Assembly (NCBI GenBank): GCA_037444725.1
Contig: JBBILW010000002.1
Span: 1 to 53,118 of the forward strand
Origin: Candidatus Jorgensenbacteria bacterium
GTDB lineage: Bacteria > Patescibacteriota > Minisyncoccia > UBA6257 > GWB1-50-10
Length of the DNA: 53,118 nt
Direction: 5' to 3'
Numbering within the stretch: position 1 is the stretch's first letter; the number at the start of each line of letters is the position of its first letter. Below, piece after piece: positions 34,801-41,569 of this stretch. The notes under the pieces were generated by a model. The model saw only the letters and a list, made by a program, of their open reading frames with translations, was not told where the DNA came from and ran no database searches. A program made the position numbers and the translations under genes.

Positions 34801-37434
34801 ACTCGCCGCCTCTCCATCGTTTATGGTTACCCGGACCTGCGTGCTCGGATAATACCCACTTGAGAGCTGCGACTTCGCGTCCCACGTCGCGTTATATAAA
34901 AGGTACGTTGAAGATGCTACTGTCTTTACGTCTAAATCTCCAGTCGCCAAATATTGCGAAGGAATAGCAGTCCATCCGCTGCCCGTGTTGTATTCAAAAG
35001 AAGGGGTAATCTTGTACTGGTTGGCGGGGCTTCCCACATCGGTATCGGGGTCGCGCACACTGTAAGAAATCATTACCTTGCCCAAAGTGGCATCCGCCGC
35101 AGACGACTGGCTCACGCTCACACCTCCCGTGCCGTAGCCGGGGTTGAATTCCGGCGGTGCATTTTGCACATAAACCACTCTCACGTCTGTAATAGTCGGA
35201 GAGTATTTTCCGCTTGAATCAAGCAATACCTTGTATTGCATATAACGGTTGGTGCCGGATACCCGCATCGCGGCAGGAAGCGCGGCGGTCGGACACATTA
35301 CAAGACCGGCGTTCTTTGAACATCCGGAACTCGAAAATGAGAAATCATTCCACGTTGAAGACGCGAGAAGATCAGTAGTGGAAGCTGCACGCAGCGAAAC
35401 CGTTGAAGTGGTTTCCAAAGGTAAAGACGCATCCTCGGTCCATGAAAGCGAAGCGATGATGCTGGTTGCGTCACCAGTGTCATATACCGATGACACGAGA
35501 TTCCCGGTTGAGGTGTAAAGATTATACGTGAATGTCACGCTATCAAGCGAAGGCGTTACCGAAGTATCCGACGTGGAGAGAGAGGCTTGGTACTGAATAT
35601 ATCGGTGCTGGTCGGAAACACATCCCCCCGAATAAAGTGTTCCGCCGCTCGTAATCGCACTGCATGACGTCCATGGCACGCCCGAAAAATCAGTCGTTGC
35701 CGATGTGCGCGCCTTTATGGTAATGGACTGTGCGGTACCATTGACCCAGGAAAGCGTTCCCCACCCCGATACGGGCGCACCAATATCGACAACTCCCGAA
35801 GTATACACTCCTGACGCTACATACCCTGTTGAATTGAGCGAAAGATACCCGACATTGCCGACGCCATGAACCTGGACTGGAGCAGTTTGCTGGGCGGTAC
35901 TATTGATGCCGAGCTGACCGTTACTATTGATGCCCCACCCATATACGGTGTTGTCGGATTTTACGGCGAAAGAACTGTTCGTTCCTCCGGCAATTGAAAT
36001 AATGCCGGTAAGATACCCCACGCCGCCGACGCCAAGCACCTGCGTAGGCACCTTTATCAACATCGGGGTCGTGGTCGCCATGCCAATCTGGCCGTTCGCA
36101 TTATATCCCCAGGCATACAGAGTGCCATCGGTCTTTATCGCGAGAACGTGAGTACCTCCGCCCGCAATCGAACTGATGCCGGTAAGGTAGCCTGAACCGC
36201 CGACACCAAGCGCTTGTATAGGCACAGCACCTGAATTCGTATTATTTGTAGCAAGCTCGCCCTCATTGTTTCTTCCGAAACCAAACAAGGTCCCGTCGGA
36301 TTCGAGCGCAAGCGTAGTACGCCCGCCTGCACTTTTAACGGCAGAAACGCCGGTAAGGTAGCCGACATTGTTAACACCATGAACCTGCGTAGGAATTTTT
36401 AACGAAATAGAAAAGCTGTTGATACCAGTCTGACCTTCAAGAGAACCTCCCAAGCTGTATAAAGTGCCATCGGACTTTACAATATAAGAATTAGTTCCTC
36501 CCGCTCCGATTGCAACCGCGTTGGTGAAATAATCTACTCCGTTGGCATCTAGCATCTGCACGGGAGCATTTTGTTGAACGGTACTGTTAATACCGAGCTG
36601 GCCGCTAGAATTGTCGCCCCACGCGTACACAGTGCCGTCTGACTTCAATGCAAAAACACTGTAATCTCCGGCAGCGATAGCAATAATGCCGGTAAGATAC
36701 CCCACGCCGCCGACGCCAAGCACCTGAGTGGGAACGAGTTTCTGAGAAGTTGAGGCGATACCGAGATTGCCGTAAATATTTATACCCCACCCATACACGG
36801 TGCCGTCTGACTTCAATGCATAAGAATTAAGAGTCGTGGCAACAACACTGATAACATTGGTAAGATACCCGACGTTGCCGACGCCGTGAACCTGAACCGG
36901 AGTAGTTTGCTGAACGGTACTATTGATGCCGAGCTGGCCGGCAGAATTGTATCCCCATGCAAACACCGCACCGTCTGCCCTGACGGCGAGAGTATGACTT
37001 TGACCGCTCGAAATGCTGGAAGTGGTTAAATTGCCATAGGCAAGCGTGACACTCGACGAAGCACCAGTTCCGACGAGCTGAGTCTGCGCAAAACTGCTGC
37101 CGGTTAAATTAAAGCCGGTCGCGGAATTAGTATCATCAGTTTGTACCGTCATCGCAGTCGTGGTTGCCAAATGTAAATTGGTTCCCACGGTCATTTGCGA
37201 CACGGATGAGTACTTATTCCAATTCGATTGATTCGCAGCATGTACGGCGCCCGTTCCTCCGTCAGCACCCCCCACCCACGAAGATTGAGTCCACGTATAA
37301 CTTGCGCCGAGCGCAGTCTGGGACACAATCATTGATGCAATCAAAAACAGCGTAGTGGTGATTAAAATGGCGTCGTGCGTGTGGCGCGCCACCCGTCCGT
37401 GTGATGCGGATGGAAATAGGAATTTAAATATCAT
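31897..37434 (-). CDS. Giant (1845 aa) surface protein: signal anchor, seven-blade RCC1-like propeller, Fn3/PAP-N-like module array
   Basis: RCC1 blades: WGYNSAGQLGINS, WGINIYGNLGI, WGDNSSGQLGINS, GGSLEGQTGINS, FGRNNEGELATNN, WGYNANGQIGMAT, WGINSNGQLGINS. At least seven W-x-T-(D/N)...S-x-V-x-Y modules, e.g. ITWTTDEIADSEVDYS and ITWNTDKASDSYVTYA. Confidence 0.8.
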   Translation of the reverse strand: MIFKFLFPSASHGRVARHTHDAILITTTLFLIASMIVSQTALGASYTWTQSSWVGGADGGTGAVHAANQSNWNKYSSVSQMTVGTNLHLATTTAMTVQTDDTNSATGFNLTGSSFAQTQLVGTGASSSVTLAYGNLTTSSISSGQSHTLAVRADGAVFAWGYNSAGQLGINSTVQQTTPVQVHGVGNVGYLTNVISVVATTLNSYALKSDGTVYGWGINIYGNLGIASTSQKLVPTQVLGVGGVGYLTGIIAIAAGDYSVFALKSDGTVYAWGDNSSGQLGINSTVQQNAPVQMLDANGVDYFTNAVAIGAGGTNSYIVKSDGTLYSLGGSLEGQTGINSFSISLKIPTQVHGVNNVGYLTGVSAVKSAGGRTTLALESDGTLFGFGRNNEGELATNNTNSGAVPIQALGVGGSGYLTGISSIAGGGTHVLAIKTDGTLYAWGYNANGQIGMATTTPMLIKVPTQVLGVGGVGYLTGIISIAGGTNSSFAVKSDNTVYGWGINSNGQLGINSTAQQTAPVQVHGVGNVGYLSLNSTGYVASGVYTSGVVDIGAPVSGWGTLSWVNGTAQSITIKARTSATTDFSGVPWTSCSAITSGGTLYSGGCVSDQHRYIQYQASLSTSDTSVTPSLDSVTFTYNLYTSTGNLVSSVYDTGDATSIIASLSWTEDASLPLETTSTVSLRAASTTDLLASSTWNDFSFSSSGCSKNAGLVMCPTAALPAAMRVSGTNRYMQYKVLLDSSGKYSPTITDVRVVYVQNAPPEFNPGYGTGGVSVSQSSAADATLGKVMISYSVRDPDTDVGSPANQYKITPSFEYNTGSGWTAIPSQYLATGDLDVKTVASSTYLLYNATWDAKSQLSSGYYPSTQVRVTINDGEAASNIGQASVTIPVDTKAPVVGGITASGALKTIGFTITDDSSYQYILTNTNDGTTADGANAISGVWQSSVTSTISISSWIFSNLGDYVNVYGSAKDIYGNTAPISIVFPGIPQNVDLKDISNASIGAYREFVSWKLYTSTPSATFSKYALYRSLDGASYSLLSNVTDINQNYYTDNAVSSSTIYYYKVAVVDTDGDKSDYSATVSDRPDGQGGTDFTPPTITAAATAQVQTTWAKITWTTDEIADSEVDYSTPGKTYGSSQTSTALVTSHSIVLQNLTPNSTYFYRVKSKDPFNNQATDDSAGAGYSFTTPGGPAISVVSIPLVSDKGATITWNTDKASDSYVTYATDISNLQTGVGVTRIGSAATTTAHKVDVVGLQARTKYYFYVESTDAESGYTSVDNNAGLYYFLGTSYDMVPPVISGISTPVTTPSSIVAVWQTDELAAGKINYGTHTGSYNLSTDQESLLSIYHTAVLPSLTASTPYYFQITSMDAAGNTGTSAEQVATTSAAGEVKIEYLNSGGGGSAAANTDTTAPTISDVVVSDIGAFEAKVSFTTNELALGIASVGDTTSYGKTVSDTAYANKHIISLYGLQLGTTYHVQVKATDQSGNIATSPDTTFTTKYIAEVSQNLRTIENAEQFQAQLDNLVSSMLPSLAPPFIGEVSVSDVNDTSATITWPTNSKTFGGVAYSTAHEYDASSTYATEVSESQGKANDHKITLIGLSPSTKYHFQARAFVFPGVVGGSPDKTFATKAAKINPSITNLKNDSATVSWMTQTETSSFVEFKNAKTGKVEQTGTEDKTKSHVVVVQNLAPGTRYSLRAFGYDKNNTLVEGESAVINTKKDVAAPVISAVAVSNAFIPQRTNQLQTILTWKTDEPGTTEVYYEEGLGAGDTLANMVGTKEEHTLQHTVILPGFKTGTVYRLQIVSVDFAGNTGKTPMRTIITPVSNESVLEVIVKNFEDAFGFLNKVNQ
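35998..36042. repeat. Exact 45-bp direct repeat, copy 1 (inside the giant gene)
   Basis: AATAATGCCGGTAAGATACCCCACGCCGCCGACGCCAAGCACCTG is identical to 36682-36726. It encodes QVLGVGGVGYLTGII in two RCC1 blades. Confidence 0.9.
36682..36726. repeat. Exact 45-bp direct repeat, copy 2
   Basis: Identical to 35998-36042. Confidence 0.9.
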
Positions 37435-37520
37435 ATGAGGCGAGCATTAACGCGTCCGTATAAATAAAGTATAAAACGTTTTTATCTTCGAATCTACGCA
37501 TTACGTGGATAAGTCAGTGG

Positions 37521-38768
37521 TTATTTTCTAATGAACGCCTCTTTGGGTGAGACATTCGTCGCGCGGCGCGCAGGGAAAAATCCGGACATGATGCCGATAA
37601 AGCCGGAAAAAACAATAATGGAAACCTGGAACCAGAGCGGACGGATGAAAAGCAAGATTTCTTTTCCGCCGAAACTCCGCGCGAGAAAATTAAGGCCCCA
37701 GTTCGAAACCTCGCCAAGAACCGTGCCGATAATAATGCCGCCGATGCCGCCGCAGAGCCCCATGATAAGCGACTCGGTTAAAAAGAGATTACGGATGTCT
37801 CGGTTCGTGGCGCCGATTGCCTTCATAATGCCGACTTCGAACGTGCGCTCAAGGAAACTGATGACCATGGTATTGAACATGCCGATAGCGGACACAAGGA
37901 GCGCCGTCACGCCGAACACGCCAAGAATGATAGTGATGATATTCATGACCTTCTGCGCCTGGTTCACGAGGTCGATGTGGGTCGAAACCAAAAATCCCAT
38001 CTTAATGAGCTTGTCGCGCAAGGTTTCGATAACTTCGGCGTCTCTCGCTTTCACGAATACTTTTTGAAAATAAGGCGCAGGCGTGGGCACCAATCGCGCG
38101 GGAACAATAATATACGGCGGTGATACGTCATCTTTAATAATGCCCACAATCTGCACGGGGCGCTCCAGAGGCACCACGATGGTATCCCCTTTTTCATCCG
38201 AATAGAGAACTTGAAGCGCAAGTTTTTTTCTGAATACTCCTACCGCATCTCCCATATTGATGACCTTTAACCCGGCGCTTGAGATAACGATTGAATCATC
38301 CTGTCCGGAAAACGGCTTTCCCACATCCGGCATAAGACCTGAAAGGTTAAAATAATCATTTTGTACGATACGGGAGAAAAGATACCCCGCAACAGGCGTC
38401 GATGTGGCAGAAACGGTTTCTTCAATAACTTTAATTTCGGAGGGAAATTCGGCGACGGGACTGACTGCAGTTTTTTCCGGAATACTCGCAAGCTTTTTTA
38501 ATTCTGCATCACCGATTTGGAGATTACTGTCGGGTGGATAATACGTCTCAATAGTGATAAGAGAATCCCGCGTCGTCACGAGTCTGCCGATAAGCGTATA
38601 TTGCAACCCGTATCCTAAGGAAACCAAAAAAAGAACAACGCCCGTGCCGAGCGAAATGCCCAATATCGTCATCAATGTGCGCGAAGTGCGCGTACGAAAC
38701 ACGCGTAACGACAATCGCAGGAGGTCGGTGAATCGAAGTTGCCGGGAAACGGGGATTTCGTTGTGCAT
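37521..38768 (-). CDS. ABC transporter permease, MacB/FtsX-like
   Basis: N-terminal TM helix, a large extracytoplasmic domain, and a C-terminal FtsX-type 3-TM bundle (ALLVSAIGMFNTMVISFLERTFEVGIMKAIGAT). Confidence 0.8.
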   Translation of the reverse strand: MHNEIPVSRQLRFTDLLRLSLRVFRTRTSRTLMTILGISLGTGVVLFLVSLGYGLQYTLIGRLVTTRDSLITIETYYPPDSNLQIGDAELKKLASIPEKTAVSPVAEFPSEIKVIEETVSATSTPVAGYLFSRIVQNDYFNLSGLMPDVGKPFSGQDDSIVISSAGLKVINMGDAVGVFRKKLALQVLYSDEKGDTIVVPLERPVQIVGIIKDDVSPPYIIVPARLVPTPAPYFQKVFVKARDAEVIETLRDKLIKMGFLVSTHIDLVNQAQKVMNIITIILGVFGVTALLVSAIGMFNTMVISFLERTFEVGIMKAIGATNRDIRNLFLTESLIMGLCGGIGGIIIGTVLGEVSNWGLNFLARSFGGKEILLFIRPLWFQVSIIVFSGFIGIMSGFFPARRATNVSPKEAFIRK

Positions 38769-38888
38769 CTCTGATTACATGGAAGGTGGTTGTACTCGGA
38801 TTATGTACGCGCCCACTTGCAAAAGTGAGCGTGTCTTATTTGCGCTGTTGTATAATGTATCTAACGTTCAAATTTAGTATACCATTTC

Positions 38889-40208
38889 ATGGGAGTTCCC
38901 TTCATCAAACTAGAGCACGTCGAATATTATTACGACAAAGGAAAGTCCAATGAGGTCCGTGCGTTAAAAGATATCAATATCGAAATTGAAATCGGCGAAT
39001 ATGCCGCCTTCTTTGGTCCGTCGGGTTGCGGGAAATCGACGCTCCTCTACATCATCGCAGGCATTGAACGCCCTACATCGGGGCGCGTACTGGTAAAAGG
39101 AAAGGATCTCATGGAAATGACCGAGCAGGAGCTCACTGAATACCGCCAGACGGGCGTGGGTATCATTTTCCAAAATTTTAACCTTATTCCCTCAATCAGC
39201 GTACGTGAAAATATCGCGATGCCGCTTGCGTTCATTGGCTTCCCCGCATCGGCGCGCAATGGGAAAGCGGACGAAATTGCGGAAAGACTTGGTATTGACG
39301 CATACAAGAATCGCTTCCCCTTTGAGCTTTCCGGCGGCCAGCAACAACGCGTAGGTATTGCGCGCGCCCTCGCAAACGGCCCCGATCTCATCCTTGCCGA
39401 TGAGCCGCTCGGCAACCTCGACTCCGAAAATGCAAATGCGGTGCTCGACTATATCGAAGAGTTTCACGCACGTGACGGACAAACGGTCATCATGGTGACG
39501 CACGAAGCATGGAGCCTGCGGGGTACGCAAAAAATATTTCACATGAAAGACGGTGAAATTATCAAAACCGAAGCGCACACGCCGCAGAAAGGCGTAGCTC
39601 CGGCACGCAAGAGCGTAAATGCCGAACTCACCCTTGCCACGCCCGAAACACGCGCAAAGGCAGTGGCGCAATTTGTTCTGCGAGGACACTCGGCAGAGGA
39701 AGTATCACGCATTGAACAACTGCTCAACCAATTATTCCGCGAGCAAATTAACGCGGATGAATTCGAGGCGAATCTGCACAAACCGTTCAAGGAGGGCGGC
39801 GTGGGCCTCTATCGCGCAAGCGCGACGAAGATTACCCGCATGGTAAGCGAGTTTATTGCGGAAACAAAAGTACTTGAAGACGCGTATAAAAAAATTGTTT
39901 CAGGCCCCGCAGCAAACTTGCTTGAGGATATCCGCAATATCCGCCGGTGGATTATGGAAGATTTTTCTACATCCCTCAATGAAAAACAACAGGCGCGGAT
40001 GGATACTATCATTCTTGAACGTTTGAAAGGCGGCATCCCTACGCAGGAAGTCGTGCACAAATTAAATCTCTCCGCTGCATACGGCGGCGTGGGTATCCGC
40101 ATCGGTACGGCGCTGCACATTGCGGAAAAACTGGAAACGCTTCTTGGCGAGAAAACGGCCTCGCTGACGACGGGCCACGACATCCCCATCATTCCAAGTT
40201 TAGGGTAA
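38889..40208 (+). CDS. ABC transporter ATP-binding protein (MacB/LolD-like) with a C-terminal extension of about 215 aa and unknown function
   Basis: Walker A GPSGCGKST, Q-loop, signature LSGGQQQRVGIARAL, Walker B ILADEPLGNLD, and H-loop VTHE. Residues from about 225 to 439 match nothing I recognise. Confidence 0.85.
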   Translation: MGVPFIKLEHVEYYYDKGKSNEVRALKDINIEIEIGEYAAFFGPSGCGKSTLLYIIAGIERPTSGRVLVKGKDLMEMTEQELTEYRQTGVGIIFQNFNLIPSISVRENIAMPLAFIGFPASARNGKADEIAERLGIDAYKNRFPFELSGGQQQRVGIARALANGPDLILADEPLGNLDSENANAVLDYIEEFHARDGQTVIMVTHEAWSLRGTQKIFHMKDGEIIKTEAHTPQKGVAPARKSVNAELTLATPETRAKAVAQFVLRGHSAEEVSRIEQLLNQLFREQINADEFEANLHKPFKEGGVGLYRASATKITRMVSEFIAETKVLEDAYKKIVSGPAANLLEDIRNIRRWIMEDFSTSLNEKQQARMDTIILERLKGGIPTQEVVHKLNLSAAYGGVGIRIGTALHIAEKLETLLGEKTASLTTGHDIPIIPSLG

Positions 40209-40236
40209 TACTCCACGCGGGCTCGATAAACAAAAA

Positions 40237-40258
40237 GCCACCGAACAATCTCGGTGGC
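40237..40258 (-). terminator. Rho-independent terminator after the JAB gene
   Basis: GCCACCGA-acaatc-TCGGTGGC. On the minus strand it is followed by TTTTTG. Confidence 0.7.
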
Positions 40259-40261
40259 GTA

Positions 40262-40888
40262 TTACTTCGGACGCCGGAGCATAGCGAGAGCGCTTCGGCT
40301 GACACGGAGCGGAAGCTGCTCGCTGATGAACACATCGTGGTACGGAAATACGCGGTAGGCGTACATGACGAGCCGCCAGTTGGCAACGCGTCCGGCAATG
40401 GAGCCGCTCTGCCGCATCTGCCAAGGACACCCGCCCCTCGCTTGGCCAATATCGACAAGGATTTCTATCCTTGCCTTGTTTTCCAAAATATTCTTCGCAT
40501 CGGAACGACTCAACTTGGGCGTATGCGCCTCATATTTGAACCACTTCGGATGCGAATGGAAATTGCCAAGATACCGGTAGGCGCGCGGCGCGCACTCCTG
40601 AAGAGCCGAAATGCGGGCATCTGCAGGGGGTGACTCGTAAAAACACCCGCTCGTGCGCGTGACGGGCATCTGGAGCGCGCATGCGAAATCAACGTCGATT
40701 CGCCGCTCACCCCTCTTCCGCCCGTACAGAATCCCGCAGCACTCGTACTTCCCCGCTTCAATTGCGGCAAGCACGATGCTGAAGAAACTTTCCTTGCTCA
40801 AATGCACGATTAGCGACACTGCGCTCACCTCCCCTTTTGTCCTGCGATTGTGTGGGATGTAAAAAATCTGCTTCGAGAATAACCACAT
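40262..40888 (-). CDS. JAB/MPN (JAMM) metalloprotease-domain protein
   Basis: Conserved Glu in YECCGILYG, then HSHP...SRSD (H-x-H ... S-x-x-D). The coding region is GC-rich, with piled-up spurious ORFs on both strands. Confidence 0.6.
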   Translation of the reverse strand: MWLFSKQIFYIPHNRRTKGEVSAVSLIVHLSKESFFSIVLAAIEAGKYECCGILYGRKRGERRIDVDFACALQMPVTRTSGCFYESPPADARISALQECAPRAYRYLGNFHSHPKWFKYEAHTPKLSRSDAKNILENKARIEILVDIGQARGGCPWQMRQSGSIAGRVANWRLVMYAYRVFPYHDVFISEQLPLRVSRSALAMLRRPK

Positions 40889-40930
40889 TTTAAGGCACCG
40901 TCAAGGTTTCATTGCCTGCCTAAACACAAA

Positions 40931-40954
40931 CTCCGCACCTCATAAGGCGCGGAG
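40931..40954 (-). terminator. Rho-independent terminator after the glutaredoxin gene
   Basis: CTCCGC-loop-GCGGAG. On the minus strand it is followed by TTTGTGTTT. Confidence 0.55.
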
Positions 40955-40974
40955 TAAGTACGAAGCATAAACGA

Positions 40975-41211
40975 TTATGAAAGCAGCTCTTCGAACGCGT
41001 CCGGCTGGAATCCAACGATAATCGAATCGTCGATTTCGATAACGGGCACGCCCATCTGGCCGCTTTTCCTTACCATCTCGTCCGCGGCGCTCATATCACG
41101 GCTCACGTCGACATCGTTGAATGCGACGCCCTTTTGCTTGAAATAGTTTTTTGCCATAACGCAGTAGGGGCACGTCTGCGTGGAATATATTGTTACGGAA
41201 TGATTATTCAT
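40975..41211 (-). CDS. Glutaredoxin-like protein (NrdH/YruB type)
   Basis: 78 aa with a TCPYC active site and a GVPVI cis-Pro region. Confidence 0.8.
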   Translation of the reverse strand: MNNHSVTIYSTQTCPYCVMAKNYFKQKGVAFNDVDVSRDMSAADEMVRKSGQMGVPVIEIDDSIIVGFQPDAFEELLS

Positions 41212-41220
41212 GTGTGATTA

Positions 41221-41505
41221 TTATTTATATTTGCATATCAAACGTTTCAAATCGGCGATAATGGGCGTCTTAGGCAACACGTAGCATATCCGCTTCCCTG
41301 ATCTTGTTGCAACGAGCAGTCCCGTACGCGCCATAACCTTCAAATGATGCGAAGTGATTGCGACGCTCATATTGAGCTTTGCGGCAATATCGGAAACGCA
41401 GATATCTTTTTCGCCAAAAATGACGCAAAGAATCTTCAGTCGACCCTCGTCTCCCGCCGTTCGCAGCAATCGGGCTATATCATGTATATCCTTTTTAGCG
41501 CGCAT
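41221..41505 (-). CDS. ArsR/SmtB-family transcriptional regulator
   Basis: wHTH segment LKILCVIFGEKDICVSDIAAKLNMSVAITSHHLKVM. The first ATG is at 41503-41505; the ORF-track start at 41517 is TTG. Confidence 0.8.
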   Translation of the reverse strand: MRAKKDIHDIARLLRTAGDEGRLKILCVIFGEKDICVSDIAAKLNMSVAITSHHLKVMARTGLLVATRSGKRICYVLPKTPIIADLKRLICKYK

Positions 41506-41512
41506 GTCTTCG

Positions 41513-41530
41513 TTCAAATGAACATTTGAA
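41513..41530. promoter_or_regulatory. Candidate ArsR-family operator
   Basis: TTCAAATG-aa-CATTTGAA is a perfect 8-bp inverted repeat, 8-25 nt upstream of the arsR ATG. Confidence 0.5.
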
Positions 41531-41569
41531 TGTTATCTCAGGTTTTCGCACGTGTCAATACGCATGCGT

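Noticed and set aside
38818-38856. A possible TTGCAA ... TATAAT promoter for the ABC ATPase gene.
   Set aside because: TATAAT at 38851-38856 is convincing as a -10 element. However, the only good -35-like hexamer is 27 nt away, so I do not list this as a defined promoter.
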